In this document: positions 1 through 10,429 of the stretch, in pieces | Layout: every line of letters starts with the position of its first letter | Numbering within the stretch: position 1 is the first letter of the stretch | DNA from: Candidatus Latescibacterota bacterium | GTDB taxonomy: Bacteria; Latescibacterota; UBA2968; GCA-2709665 | Direction of reading: 5' to 3' | DNA length: 64,000 bases | NCBI GenBank assembly: GCA_965248435.1 | Contig: OZ252100.1 | Location: 1,856,001-1,920,000, forward strand | Notes under the pieces: model-generated | Told to the model about the DNA's origin: nothing | Seen by the model: the letters and a program-made list of their open reading frames with translations, nothing else | The model's database searches: none | Program-made: the position numbers and the translations under genes

Positions 1-1
1 G

Positions 2-1705
2 ATAGATTCAACATCTGCTACTCTCTACAAGTCGCTTTGCCGAAACCTGATCTCCCTGAATCGACACGCCGAAGCCGTGGGACCCTCCCGCAGGGCCGTC
101 TTCCTGAATCCAAAAGACCTACAGAGCAGATGGATTCATCAAACAGCTCTGCTCAATGGTGCTAAGGATACCGTCTCCGCATTGCAGCAACTTCGAACCA
201 TTTCTCGGCTCGATCCCAATCCGTTGCCAGCCTACAGTGCGCTTTTACAGATCTACTCAGCACAAAGCCAGAGCGCGGACGTCCTTGAAGTTCTAGAAAG
301 GATGGAAACGCTTCCAAATCTAGACGCCCAGACAAAACTCGTCATTGCGGATCAATATGCACGCAACGAAAGGCCTGACCTTGCGCGATCGATCTACGAG
401 AAAATGCTGTCCAAAAATCCTCACCAACCGGCAGTCTGGGGCAGCTATGGCAACCTTATCCTGGCCTCGGGCGACACGCTTCGTGCCGCGAAAACGCTCA
501 GGGGAGGTCTGGCTCAAGCCCAGAATCGTGTCGACCATCGCACTGGCCCGCTCTGGAGGCAACTTCTGACTATATACGCTTCCGATTCTGTTTTCAGCGA
601 GCTTCTTTCTGAAAGCGGGCCGAACACCCTCTTTTTGGAGACCTTGGCGACGGTCTACATAGCAGCCGCCACTCAATCGACGTCCAACCCACAACTTTCA
701 AGGCAACAGGTTGAACGAGCAGAGGCCCTTCTTGATAAGCTGATTGGCGCAGACTCAGGCCGGCACGACCTTTTGGCTAGAAGAGCCGAGCTCCTTCTGA
801 TCACAAATCAGCCGCAGGCGGCAAGGTCCTCTTTTCAACAGGCCTTCGCGGCCAAGAAAAGCGCAAACTATTGGTTTGGGATCGGTCGCACATACCTTGC
901 AGAACGACTATGGGACCAGGCGATCCAGGCATTGCTTCCCCTATTCAACGAGGCCCCGAATCGATCCAAGCTCTACCCCGAAATCGTGAATGCGCTCGGC
1001 CGTGCCTATGCGGCGAGCGGTCGGGTTTCCGATGCCCGTGGGGTTTATCGGAAGGCAGTCGAAGCCTTCCCTCAACAGCCGAGGTTTCGGCTTGAACTGG
1101 GACGCACATTCGGCTTCGAAAAGTCCTGGGATGACGCGATCCCGATTTTCGAGGAACTGGTTCGGACTTCGGAAGATGACCCCGAACTCTTCCTTCAGGT
1201 CCTTTTCGAATTGAGTCGAAGTTACGAGCGCGCCGGACACCTTGAGAGGTCTATTCGGGCCTTTCAGCGCCTTCTGACCCTCAGCCCGGAAAATCATCTC
1301 GCCTTGAACTACCTTGGATACATGCTTGCCGAAAAAGGCATTCGCCTGAAAGAGGCCGAACGCCTGATCGAGCGGGCATTGAGAGCCGACCCGAACAACG
1401 GTGCCTACCTGGACAGCATGGGATGGGTCTCCTATCGCCAGGGACAGCACAGAAAGGCAATCGAATTCTTACAACGCGCACTCGACATCGAAGAGAAAAG
1501 TCTTCAAGACCAAGGCGATGGAGGATTGCGAGAGGACTTGGCGGTTATTCACGACCACACAGGAGATGTCGCCCGTGCCTTGGGGGACCACGATAAAGCG
1601 CTGAGGCACTGGTCGCGCGCGCTCAAGTTTGATCCTGAGAACGATAGTATCCGCAAGAAGCTGCAGCGCGCAACCGATGGGATCGGCGGTGCACCAGCCG
1701 AATGA
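2..1705 (+). CDS. TPR-repeat protein (5' truncated; frame is open to the window start)
   Basis: Multiple TPR-like repeats and a C-terminal 'ALNYLGYMLAE...YLDSMGWVSYRQG' block typical of envelope TPR proteins; no stop codon upstream of 77 in this frame. Confidence 0.85.
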   Translation: MDSTSATLYKSLCRNLISLNRHAEAVGPSRRAVFLNPKDLQSRWIHQTALLNGAKDTVSALQQLRTISRLDPNPLPAYSALLQIYSAQSQSADVLEVLERMETLPNLDAQTKLVIADQYARNERPDLARSIYEKMLSKNPHQPAVWGSYGNLILASGDTLRAAKTLRGGLAQAQNRVDHRTGPLWRQLLTIYASDSVFSELLSESGPNTLFLETLATVYIAAATQSTSNPQLSRQQVERAEALLDKLIGADSGRHDLLARRAELLLITNQPQAARSSFQQAFAAKKSANYWFGIGRTYLAERLWDQAIQALLPLFNEAPNRSKLYPEIVNALGRAYAASGRVSDARGVYRKAVEAFPQQPRFRLELGRTFGFEKSWDDAIPIFEELVRTSEDDPELFLQVLFELSRSYERAGHLERSIRAFQRLLTLSPENHLALNYLGYMLAEKGIRLKEAERLIERALRADPNNGAYLDSMGWVSYRQGQHRKAIEFLQRALDIEEKSLQDQGDGGLREDLAVIHDHTGDVARALGDHDKALRHWSRALKFDPENDSIRKKLQRATDGIGGAPAE

Positions 1706-2508
1706 AATCACTCTTCATCATCCTACCCCTGATGGGCCTGCAATCGTTAGTCTTCAGTGCCTGCTCCACACGTCGCACCCGCCCCCCTGATGTCGGCCCA
1801 ATCCACAATTCCTTCGATCTTCTCAGAATCATTTCCTCCCACACCGACAGCCTCCGCGATTTAGAGGCCCGGGCCAAGATCTTCATCCGTATCGACGGTG
1901 TGCAGCAGAACACTTCCGCAGTCGTTAGGTACAAATCCCCTGATGCGCTTAAACTCGACGTAACCGGTGCCCTCGGAATAGGCCTGCTCCACGCCCTTGC
2001 CGAGAACGACTCTCTCGCTGTTTACTTGCCTCGAGACAACCACTACCTGCGAGGCCTTCCAGAGGAAGTCCTTTATCGAGTGACCGGCGTAGACCTCCAG
2101 TTCTATGATGCACAGCGTGCTATCCTCGGCCTTCCCAGTACCTCCATGCTCGATCTCCCGCGGGTGAGCTCGTTCGAAACCCAGGGGAATAGCATCTATA
2201 TTGAAATTGAGGAGCCGCTCTGGGACCGCAGGATATGCGTGGACCGGCGTACTGCAACCATCCTCCGGGAAGAGATTTACGACCATCACCAGGGCCGCCT
2301 CATTTCTCAAAGGCTGATGACGGACTATCGAGAGGAGCGTGGCGTAATCCTTCCTCGGAGAGTCGAAATCAGGCAGGGAACGGATCAAATCCGAATCGAC
2401 TTCGGTTGGCGAAATGTGAACTCGGGGATCAACGAACGCGTTTTCAGAATGAAGGTCCCGTCCGATGTCATCCGGGTAGAAAGCGAGGTCAGCAAGGAAG
2501 GAAAATAG
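1702..2508 (+). CDS. DUF4292/LolA-like lipoprotein
   Basis: Lipobox-like FSAC after a hydrophobic stretch; beta-rich body; ATGA overlap with the TPR gene. Confidence 0.6.
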   Translation: MKSLFIILPLMGLQSLVFSACSTRRTRPPDVGPIHNSFDLLRIISSHTDSLRDLEARAKIFIRIDGVQQNTSAVVRYKSPDALKLDVTGALGIGLLHALAENDSLAVYLPRDNHYLRGLPEEVLYRVTGVDLQFYDAQRAILGLPSTSMLDLPRVSSFETQGNSIYIEIEEPLWDRRICVDRRTATILREEIYDHHQGRLISQRLMTDYREERGVILPRRVEIRQGTDQIRIDFGWRNVNSGINERVFRMKVPSDVIRVESEVSKEGK

Positions 2509-2553
2509 TAGAAATAATGCCTTTTGCTGAAGCGAATCGTCTGAGCGAGAACA

Positions 2554-3390
2554 CTATTTTGTCCAACCCCACCAACTGGCTAAGTACGCCACCGTTCGCC
2601 TCGCTACGTGTTCGGAGATAGCCCTTATTGACTGTCCGGGTGCGGGTTCCTCGGGTCCCGTCCACTTGCTACGCAGCTCGACGACCGTCAGCATGGTCAG
2701 CTCTCCGCTTGGATTGATACTGCAAGAGGCTTGAAACTTTTTCAATGCTTCTCTAGTCAGGGCGCCGATTGTCCCGTCTATACCACCCACATCATATCCC
2801 AAATTGTTCAGGATCATCTGAGCTTCGTAGATGTGCTCTTTCCCGGCAGGAATGTCCGGCTCCTGATCCTGGTGATCAGCTGCCGGGAAGGCCGTATGTT
2901 CCGAAATCAAGACCCACCTGACCAGTCGCACCTCAAAGAGCGTAAGTCCCAAACAGGCGATCGAGAGCATAGCCAAAAGCAACGCGATCCCGGGACGAAC
3001 TTCGTAAATCCCCTCCATCTCTCCGATCATCCTCAGACTGTAGAACACCTCGAACGAGGCCAGATAGCGAGTCCATATCCAGACACCAAGGTGTAGAAGA
3101 AGAAGTATCACAGGTGTCCTTACCGGAACCCGAAGGGGGCTGTGAGTCGGTCTTCTGAAGCAGGCAATCCCAAGAGTCCAAAGGTCCACCAAAACGACCG
3201 TGAGAGGGATTTCGGAGACGGTTCGGCTCAGTCGGTCTACCGGGTTCGCTGCGTGCACCCATCCCAACCACAACGATAGACATAGTCCCAACACAACTAC
3301 AACCCAGGTCCCTCCAAGGAGAAAGGGTATGACTCGAGGGGGTTGGTGGCTAAGAGCAAGTTGGCTGGAAACAGGGTCCAGTCTGTTCAT
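2554..3390 (-). CDS. Membrane protein with C-terminal peptidoglycan-binding (PG_binding_1) domain
   Basis: About 4 hydrophobic segments, then 'AQMILNNLGYDVGGIDGTIGALTREALKKFQ...SGEL'. Confidence 0.75.
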   Translation of the reverse strand: MNRLDPVSSQLALSHQPPRVIPFLLGGTWVVVVLGLCLSLWLGWVHAANPVDRLSRTVSEIPLTVVLVDLWTLGIACFRRPTHSPLRVPVRTPVILLLLHLGVWIWTRYLASFEVFYSLRMIGEMEGIYEVRPGIALLLAMLSIACLGLTLFEVRLVRWVLISEHTAFPAADHQDQEPDIPAGKEHIYEAQMILNNLGYDVGGIDGTIGALTREALKKFQASCSINPSGELTMLTVVELRSKWTGPEEPAPGQSIRAISEHVARRTVAYLASWWGWTK

Positions 3391-3492
3391 ATTCGGCTAC
3401 TGACCTCTCGCGCCGCTATAATGCGCCTGGGTAGAAACAGTATTTTGCCCATTTTTTGACCAATATAGGATCATCCAAGACGTCCCGCAACG

Positions 3493-4761
3493 CTAGGCAG
3501 GTGTTCCCATATCCTGTTCACTGGGAAGACCGGCGTTCTTCCTCCGCAGTTCCTTCCAGACAAGCCCCCACAAAATCACCGCGAAGAGGCTGGCCGTTAC
3601 CGAAGGTGCGAGGGCCGTCCCCAGAGCACCCCAAGAAGGACTCATCCCTGCCCCGAGCAGCGCCCCGGTACACACGAGAGAGGTAAGCACAAGAGCACCA
3701 CGCCCTTCTCGCTTCATCGCCAGCAGGGCTGAGTGTGCGAGTCCGCACAACAAAAAAGGCGGAAGCGTCCAGACCAAAAGACGTATGACAACTATGGCGG
3801 ATTCATACTCCCCACCGAAAATCCATAGGGTGACAGGACGTACAGCCACGTATACAATGGCCACGACGGCAAAGCCGATTCCAAGGAGAGAGAAAAACGC
3901 ACGGGTCAGAAAAGGTTTGATGTCGGAAGCCGCCGCAAAGCGAGCCGTTATCCCCGAGAATATCGCCTCGAGGCTCCCGCTGGCCAGTACGAACAGGGCA
4001 GCCGCAAACCGGTAGGCGATAAAAAATGGTCCGGAATTCGCCTCACCAATAGCGAGGTCAGTCGTCAGGAAGTTGATGTGCAGAAGGTTTCCCAGAAAAT
4101 AGGCAGAAGGCAGAAACTGAACTCCAGTCTTGACGACACTTGCACGGATGGGATCTACACGCAGACTGGGGCGGAGCCCGCGAGAAACGCTTGAGACCAA
4201 CGCCATGCCTGAGTAAAAGTAACCCGCCCGGCAGACCAGGTAACACACGCCGATGCCGCTCAGACCCCACCCGATGTATATGGCCCCCAGGCAAGTCAAG
4301 ATCAACAGTAGATTGAGGCCACCAACCAGCAGGGCGCTGTATGCAGCACGTTGCAAACCCTTGAAAATGGCATTCACCGAATCGCCCAACGCCATGGCCA
4401 CAGTAGACCCACCCACAAGCCCGACAGCGACCAAGGTCACTGGCGACTTGCCCCAAATCCACGCACCCCCCACGACCAGGACAAGCACCACCGGCGCCAG
4501 CCTTAGCTTGAACCCAATCGCGTCCGAAACGGCCTCGGCGGCCTCCAGCCCTCCTGAGGCAACCGTTCTGATCACACGATTGGTCAATCCGAGATCCAGA
4601 ATGGGAGCAAAAAATGCCGTAAGCGAAATCACAAACCCATAGGCAGCCAGCCCCTCTGCCCCCATCACACGTGCGACCACAACCATAATGAATAGGCCGC
4701 CTAAAAGATGCGCGCCCTTCTCTATAGTCAGGTAGATAGAGTTCGTACTGACTCGCCCCAT
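3493..4761 (-). CDS. Polysaccharide flippase (Wzx/MOP superfamily)
   Basis: ~12 TM segments; N-terminal 'VARVMGAEGLAAYGF...DLGL' pattern. Confidence 0.75.
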   Translation of the reverse strand: MGRVSTNSIYLTIEKGAHLLGGLFIMVVVARVMGAEGLAAYGFVISLTAFFAPILDLGLTNRVIRTVASGGLEAAEAVSDAIGFKLRLAPVVLVLVVGGAWIWGKSPVTLVAVGLVGGSTVAMALGDSVNAIFKGLQRAAYSALLVGGLNLLLILTCLGAIYIGWGLSGIGVCYLVCRAGYFYSGMALVSSVSRGLRPSLRVDPIRASVVKTGVQFLPSAYFLGNLLHINFLTTDLAIGEANSGPFFIAYRFAAALFVLASGSLEAIFSGITARFAAASDIKPFLTRAFFSLLGIGFAVVAIVYVAVRPVTLWIFGGEYESAIVVIRLLVWTLPPFLLCGLAHSALLAMKREGRGALVLTSLVCTGALLGAGMSPSWGALGTALAPSVTASLFAVILWGLVWKELRRKNAGLPSEQDMGTPA

Positions 4762-4791
4762 CGGAAACTCCAGACAGCTCTACGGTCAAGC

Positions 4792-4827
4792 AAATAAGAC
4801 CTGGAGCAGGTTCGCCTGCTCCAGGTC
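4792..4827 (-). terminator. Probable intrinsic terminator
   Basis: Perfect 13-bp stem GACCTGGAGCAGG/CCTGCTCCAGGTC (4798-4827) with a 4-nt loop, followed by TTATTT on the minus strand, downstream of the 4872 gene. Confidence 0.65.
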
Positions 4828-4871
4828 ATCATCTTCAAGTCAACAAAGGCTTCTCAGTTCGTCATCTCCAT

Positions 4872-5696
4872 TCAGCCTCCTCGCCCTCCCCTGTCAGTAA
4901 CGCGTATCGTTACCACATCAGTATCGCTGGTCAATGCTCCGGTCGTGTCCGCAACATCGTCCCTCACACTAAGCAAGAATACGTAGTCGCCAGGGGCCGA
5001 GGCACGGAAAGTAGGCGCTTCCCCTTCGCTCGGCTGTAATGCCACACGTGGTCCGCTAATCTGATCCCACCGAAAGCGCAACAAATCTTCATCAGGATCA
5101 AAGCTGCCGGTACCATCCAGAACGATCTCCAGTGTGTCGTTATAGGCCACGAGTCGGCTCATTCCCGCGTCCGCGGTCGGGGCTGCTTGCGTCACCAGGA
5201 TGCGCAGGGCAGAAGTGGCCACGGTTCCCGACCTCCCGTCCCCCACCTCGACGGTGAGATCGTAGCTGCCGACCTCACTGGGAGCGACCCACACGACGGA
5301 GACCGAATCTTGAAAAAGGTCAATCAGCGTATCCTGTCCACTCTTCTCAAATTGACCCCCAGTTGCAATCCAGCGAAAGTCCAGCTCATCGTTGTCCGGG
5401 TCATCAGAAACCAGTGTAATCCGAACCTTCTGGCGGCGGCCGACTTCAGGTTCCCGGTCCGTCTTCAAATCGAGAATCTGCGGATCTCCCTGCCTGTCCA
5501 GAACGCTGCAACCGATCAGGCAGACCATAAGGAAAACGAGGATCTTGCCAAACTGATCGACGCCTCTTCTCCCAGGCCCTGAAACCCGCGATGAAATTCC
5601 TTGACAAGCCCCGGCAAATAACTTTCTTGTTAGTGTTGTATAACAAGAGGTTATATCCATAGAACCCGGGGTCTCCGTGAAAAACAAAGTTCTCAT
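4872..5696 (-). CDS. PKD/Ig-like domain lipoprotein (true start probably ~5530-5560)
   Basis: LIGC lipobox; 'APTADAG...LDGTGSFDPDEDLLRFRWDQISGP' PKD/K319L-like motif; the computed 5' part overlaps a divergent promoter region. Confidence 0.65.
   Translation of the reverse strand: MRTLFFTETPGSMDITSCYTTLTRKLFAGACQGISSRVSGPGRRGVDQFGKILVFLMVCLIGCSVLDRQGDPQILDLKTDREPEVGRRQKVRITLVSDDPDNDELDFRWIATGGQFEKSGQDTLIDLFQDSVSVVWVAPSEVGSYDLTVEVGDGRSGTVATSALRILVTQAAPTADAGMSRLVAYNDTLEIVLDGTGSFDPDEDLLRFRWDQISGPRVALQPSEGEAPTFRASAPGDYVFLLSVRDDVADTTGALTSDTDVVTIRVTDRGGRGG
5625..5648. promoter_or_regulatory. Possible operator: 8-bp inverted repeat between divergent genes
   Basis: TCTTGTTA-N8-TAACAAGA, near a TTGACA at 5601. 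Confidence 0.3.
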
Positions 5697-7056
5697 TGTG
5701 GACGACGATCAGAGCTTTCGCACGATGCTGGATAAGGTCCTTTCAGCGGAAGGGTATACACTCCTCTCCGCGATGAGTGGCGAAGAGGCAGTGCAACTCG
5801 TGGAACAAGAGAGTCCGGACCTCGTCCTCCTGGACCTCGGCCTTCCGGGAATCGACGGAATCGAAGCCCTCACCCGAATCAAGAAGATCGATGAGCAAAT
5901 TGAGGCCATCATGATTACCGCGCAAGGCAGTATCGAGAGCGCGGTGGCCGCGATGAAGGCCGGTGCGCGAAACTACATTACGAAATCATCTGAATTCAAC
6001 ACTGATGAGCTGCGCTTGCTCGTCGCAGAAACACTGGAAACAGCGCGATTGAAGCGAGAAGTTCAGTTTCTGAGGGCCGCCCAGCGTGAAAGGATCGACT
6101 TCGACGGGATCGTGTCAGAGAGCCAGGCCTTCAAGAAAATCATCCGTTTATCGGAACGCATCGCAAGAAGTGAAACCACTACGGTGTTGATCGAAGGTGA
6201 AAGCGGCACGGGCAAGGAAATCATCTCGCACCTCATCCATTACAAAGGCGCACGCGCTGAGGGTCCGTTTATCCCGATCAACTGTGGGGCAATCCCCAGG
6301 GATCTAGTCGAGAGTGAGCTTTTCGGATATGAAAAAGGTGCATTCACTGGAGCGTCTCAGTCCAGGCCCGGAAAATTCGAATCCGCCGACGGCGGTACAC
6401 TCTTCTTGGATGAGGTCGGAGAATTAAGCCAGGACAACCAGATAAAGCTCCTCAGGGTGCTCGAGGAAAAGTCCTTCTACAGGGTCGGCGGAAGCAAGAA
6501 CATCCACGTTGACGTCCGCATTGTTGCAGCGACAAACAAGGACCTTCGCAAGACCGTAGAATCCGGAAGGTTCCGAGAGGATCTATTTTATCGCCTCAAC
6601 GTCGCACCGATCCTGATCCCTCCACTAAGGGAGCGGAGCGATGACTTGATTCCGCTTACGGAGTACTTCCTTCAGAAGTTTTGTGGAACATTCGGCAAAC
6701 CTATGTCCAGGATTCATCCGGAGGCCGCAGAGTTAATTCTCGCATATGAGTGGAAAGGTAACGTGCGTGAGCTTCGAAATGCGATCGAGCGCATCGTGCT
6801 GCTTGAAGAGGGCGATACGTTGAAGCCGGAGCATCTCGACTTCCTCCTGCCACAAGAAAGGCCCGAAACAAACGAGGGTGCTTTCAGGCTTCCACCCGAT
6901 GGGGTGGTGCTCGACGAACTCAACCGGGACTTGATCGAACAGGCGCTCGCACTCTCGGGGGGAAACCAGGTACGGGCAGCAAAACTCCTCGGGCTCACTC
7001 GCGGCACGCTTCGTTATCGTCTCGACAAGTACGGCATCCGCCAGCCCGGCGGCTGA
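5677..7056 (+). CDS. Sigma-54-dependent response regulator (NtrC/AtoC family)
   Basis: REC domain (IVDDD, LLD), [25 protein letters not shown] and a Fis-type HTH. Confidence 0.95.
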   Translation: MKNKVLIVDDDQSFRTMLDKVLSAEGYTLLSAMSGEEAVQLVEQESPDLVLLDLGLPGIDGIEALTRIKKIDEQIEAIMITAQGSIESAVAAMKAGARNYITKSSEFNTDELRLLVAETLETARLKREVQFLRAAQRERIDFDGIVSESQAFKKIIRLSERIARSETTTVLIEGESGTGKEIISHLIHYKGARAEGPFIPINCGAIPRDLVESELFGYEKGAFTGASQSRPGKFESADGGTLFLDEVGELSQDNQIKLLRVLEEKSFYRVGGSKNIHVDVRIVAATNKDLRKTVESGRFREDLFYRLNVAPILIPPLRERSDDLIPLTEYFLQKFCGTFGKPMSRIHPEAAELILAYEWKGNVRELRNAIERIVLLEEGDTLKPEHLDFLLPQERPETNEGAFRLPPDGVVLDELNRDLIEQALALSGGNQVRAAKLLGLTRGTLRYRLDKYGIRQPGG

Positions 7057-7677
7057 TCATTCTTCCCTCAGAAGAGCCCCCACATCCGGCAGAACCTTCT
7101 CAGCTATATTTGGATCCGTTCCATCGTAATAGGCGCGCACGGTGCCGCTTTGGTCAACCAGGGCAAATCGAAGGCTGTGCATAATCTGGTCGGAATCCTC
7201 ATCCTCGCTCACTGGTATCTGAAACCCCTCTCTCACGAGGTCGTAGACTGCTTCCTTCTCTCCAGTTAAAAAAAGCCAGCGATCTTTATCAGCCTTGAAC
7301 CGCAGTGCGTAGTCCGTGAGCAGCTCAGGTGTGTCCCTTTCCGGATCCACCGTGACGGACACAAGACGGACACTCGGTGAGTCCCACAGCTTCTTCTGAA
7401 GGGAAGCCATTTGTGCTGAAAGAAGAGGACAGGGACCGACGCAATGGGTAAAGATAAAGTCGGCGATCCAGATCTCGCCGGCGAGATCGTCCAGGGAAAT
7501 CTCTGCTCCGCTTCGCTCTACAAGTGAAAAATCTGGGACCTTGCCCAGCACAGGAAGCGAGTCCCCCTTCCGGGCTCGAATCTCTTCGACCTCTTTCAGC
7601 ATGAGCAGACCGCCCACAGCAAACATCAACATTAGGGAAATCCCCAACGCAAATAGAATTCGGGTCTTCGGGTTCAA
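7057..7677 (-). CDS. SCO1/SenC copper chaperone
   Basis: FTHCVGPCP (CxxxC), VDPERDT, conserved His; one N-terminal TM; TTG start overlapping the upstream stop. Confidence 0.92.
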   Translation of the reverse strand: MNPKTRILFALGISLMLMFAVGGLLMLKEVEEIRARKGDSLPVLGKVPDFSLVERSGAEISLDDLAGEIWIADFIFTHCVGPCPLLSAQMASLQKKLWDSPSVRLVSVTVDPERDTPELLTDYALRFKADKDRWLFLTGEKEAVYDLVREGFQIPVSEDEDSDQIMHSLRFALVDQSGTVRAYYDGTDPNIAEKVLPDVGALLREE

Positions 7678-8501
7678 CGCAGGCCCCCCTCTCCTCTGCG
7701 CATAACCTGATAAACCGAAATTCCAAACGTGCAAACTACAAAGAGTGATGTGATCAGAATACAAACTTTCAGCGAGGGAAGCGCGCTAAATTCGAACGGG
7801 GCTCCAAGGTAGAGGACTCTGCGCAGGCCGGCCATGCTGTAGGTCAATGGGTTGATCCAAATAATCCACTCCAACCAACTCGGAACTCCTGAGGGGGGAA
7901 AGAAGGCCCCTGAAAGTAGCCACATAGGAAGCAAAAATACGTTCATGATGGCATGAAATCCTGCCGTCGACTCCATTCGCCACGCGATGGCAAAGCCGAG
8001 CCCGGTTAATCCCAGCGCGGAAAGGAAGAGAAATCCCGCTGTGTACGCAAGAACCTCGAGGGTTAATGGAATATTCAAATGAAGAGCGAATACGAGAAAG
8101 ACCAGACCTTCCAGCATGCCCAGTGTCGTTCCACCGAAAAGCTTACCTAAAACCAAACTTGCGCGCGGGACAGGGGCCGCGAGGACCGATTGCATAAATC
8201 CCTCTCGCCGATCTTCCACCACCGTAATCGTCGAAAAGATGGCGGTAAAAAGGACGATGAGCAAAAGCGTCCCTGGGTAGATATACTCCAGATAGCTCAT
8301 TCCTAGCGGTTGGCCCGCGGGCAGGAATGATGCATCGAGTCCATACCCCACGAGCAGCCAAAAAAGCAGCGGCTGCCCGATGGCACCGAGCAACCGGTGG
8401 CGATCTCTGACGAATCGAACGATCTCTCTCTCCCAGAGTGTCGCCACTGGAAGGACGCTTAGCCACATCCTCTGGTTCCGGTCGCTCCTATCCACAGCCA
8501 A
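7674..8501 (-). CDS. ABC-2 type transporter permease
   Basis: 6 TM segments; 'EDRREGFMQSVLAAP...LVLGK'; 'LSGAFFP...INPLTY'. Confidence 0.9.
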   Translation of the reverse strand: MAVDRSDRNQRMWLSVLPVATLWEREIVRFVRDRHRLLGAIGQPLLFWLLVGYGLDASFLPAGQPLGMSYLEYIYPGTLLLIVLFTAIFSTITVVEDRREGFMQSVLAAPVPRASLVLGKLFGGTTLGMLEGLVFLVFALHLNIPLTLEVLAYTAGFLFLSALGLTGLGFAIAWRMESTAGFHAIMNVFLLPMWLLSGAFFPPSGVPSWLEWIIWINPLTYSMAGLRRVLYLGAPFEFSALPSLKVCILITSLFVVCTFGISVYQVMRRGEGGLR

Positions 8502-8504
8502 TGC

Positions 8505-9440
8505 TCAACTCCCCTCCGCTCGAAAGGCACGGCCCGTCTCTTGCACAAACACATCCTCCAATGTCGGCCTACCCACGGTGACCGAAGTGATCTGCTCTCG
8601 GAAGGAGGAATAAATCTGGGCCATCATATCGTGGCCCTCGCCGCATTCAATTCTCAATCGATCTTCGATGAGGGTTGATGGCTGGCTGAACCGTTCCAGG
8701 ATATCCTCACCCAACCTCTCCGGGCAAGGACTCTCGATCACGATCACATCTTTTCCCACGCCGTTTATGAGCTCTCCAGGTGAGCCTATCGCCACCAACC
8801 TCCCTCGGTCCAGAATACCTACCCTGTCACATCGCCCGGCCTCTTCCAGAAAGTGTGTCGTGAGCACGATCGTCACGCCCTCTCTGTCCCGCAGCCTCTC
8901 CAAATCGCCCCAATATGCCATTCTGGCCGCCGGATCCAGACCCGTCGAGGGTTCGTCAAAAATCAGAAGCTGAGGTCTATGAAGAAGCCCTTTCGCCAGA
9001 TCAACCCGCCGCCGAAGTCCGCCGGAAAGCACCTCAACCCGATCTTTTCGGCGTTCACCCAGTTGAAACAGCTCGAGCACCCTATCAATCTGGCGTGCAA
9101 GGTGACTTCCTCGTAAACCGTAGAGGTGTCCCTGATGCCTCAGATTTTCCAGGACGGTCAATTTTGGGTCCAAACTGGGGTTCTGAAACACAACCCCTAT
9201 CTTCGACCGGAGCAGGGCCGAATCTTCGACAGGGTCCAAACCCAAAACGCGAACCCGCCCCCCGCCGGGACGCCGAAGGGTAGAAAGAATCTGGAATAGC
9301 GTCGTTTTTCCTCCGCCATTGGGTCCCAGTAGTCCAAAAATATCACCCACATCGATCTGCAGATCAATCCCATCCAGGGCACGACGGCCGTCATAGTCGT
9401 GATAGAGCCCGTTTACTTCAACCGCTAAGGCCTTGCCCAT
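8505..9440 (-). CDS. ABC transporter ATP-binding protein (DrrA-like)
   Basis: GPNGGGKT, LSGG, FDEPSTGLD, TTH. Confidence 0.93.
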   Translation of the reverse strand: MGKALAVEVNGLYHDYDGRRALDGIDLQIDVGDIFGLLGPNGGGKTTLFQILSTLRRPGGGRVRVLGLDPVEDSALLRSKIGVVFQNPSLDPKLTVLENLRHQGHLYGLRGSHLARQIDRVLELFQLGERRKDRVEVLSGGLRRRVDLAKGLLHRPQLLIFDEPSTGLDPAARMAYWGDLERLRDREGVTIVLTTHFLEEAGRCDRVGILDRGRLVAIGSPGELINGVGKDVIVIESPCPERLGEDILERFSQPSTLIEDRLRIECGEGHDMMAQIYSSFREQITSVTVGRPTLEDVFVQETGRAFRAEGS

Positions 9441-9523
9441 GCAGACCAACCTTGCTAAAAAGAAAGAAAGGTGATAGGACAATCACCTATCACCCGAGTT
9501 CGAATCTAACTGAATCTTGATAC

Positions 9524-10429
9524 CTACATTACAAGCCTGTCCACAATTATGGCACACCATAGCGCGGGGAGATATACAAGCGTCGCTCGCATCAGGTACC
9601 TGGCACGTCGATCCGTCCGCTCCTTGAAGAAGTTGAAGCCAACGTAGAATAGGCCCAGGCCAAGCAAAATAGAGACAATTCCGTAGATCCACCCGCTTAT
9701 GCCGAGAAAAACAGGCACAACGCCGAGCGGTAGAAGCAGCAGGCTGTAGAACAGTATCCGTGCCGACGTCCGACTTCCCTCAAGATCTTCTACAGGCAGC
9801 ATTCTATGCCCACCTCGCGCATAATCCTCACGGTAGATCCAGGCAATGGACAGAAAATGGGGGAACTGCCACGTAAACATGATGGCAAACAGGACCCAGG
9901 CAGCCAGAGGAATCTCCCCTTGTGCGGCGGCCCATCCCCCGACCGGCGGGAGCGCCCCCGCGACGGCCCCGACAGCCGTATTCTGGACTGTCTTGGTCTT
10001 GAGTGGCGTGTAAACGAAGAGGTAGATCCCCCACGTCAACGCGGCCAGAAAACTGGCCAGCCAGTTGACCACGAGTCCCATATAGAGGATGCCGCAGGCG
10101 GAGACGAACAGGCCGAACAGATTGGCCTCCGTGGCCTTCAGCCGACCCGTGGGCAAAGGCCGGTTCTCGGTTCGTTTCATCCGGGCATCGAGGTCTCGTT
10201 CGAGGGATTGGTTCAGGGCCCCAGACCCGCCGGCAACCAGCAACGTGGCCAAGAGCACGTGAAGCATCGTGACCATCTGGGTTTCCGGCCAAGACCCCAG
10301 AACGAAACCCACGCAGGTGCTCAATGCAACAAACAGCGAGATCCTGGGCTTGGTTAGAATCGCGTAATCCCAGACTTTCGCCCAGTTGATCGAAGGGTAA
10401 TTTTTTTCAACGCCAACGCCGGGTTTCAT
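9524..10429 (-). CDS. ctaB: Protoheme IX farnesyltransferase (heme O synthase)
   Basis: LTKPR, ERDLDARMKRTENRPLP, YTPLK, WQFPHF...YREDY. Confidence 0.95.
   Translation of the reverse strand: MKPGVGVEKNYPSINWAKVWDYAILTKPRISLFVALSTCVGFVLGSWPETQMVTMLHVLLATLLVAGGSGALNQSLERDLDARMKRTENRPLPTGRLKATEANLFGLFVSACGILYMGLVVNWLASFLAALTWGIYLFVYTPLKTKTVQNTAVGAVAGALPPVGGWAAAQGEIPLAAWVLFAIMFTWQFPHFLSIAWIYREDYARGGHRMLPVEDLEGSRTSARILFYSLLLLPLGVVPVFLGISGWIYGIVSILLGLGLFYVGFNFFKERTDRRARYLMRATLVYLPALWCAIIVDRLVM

Noticed and set aside
2-1705. Second MamA candidate
   Set aside because: Long generic envelope TPR protein paired with a LolA-like gene; no MamA-like P0 region seen.
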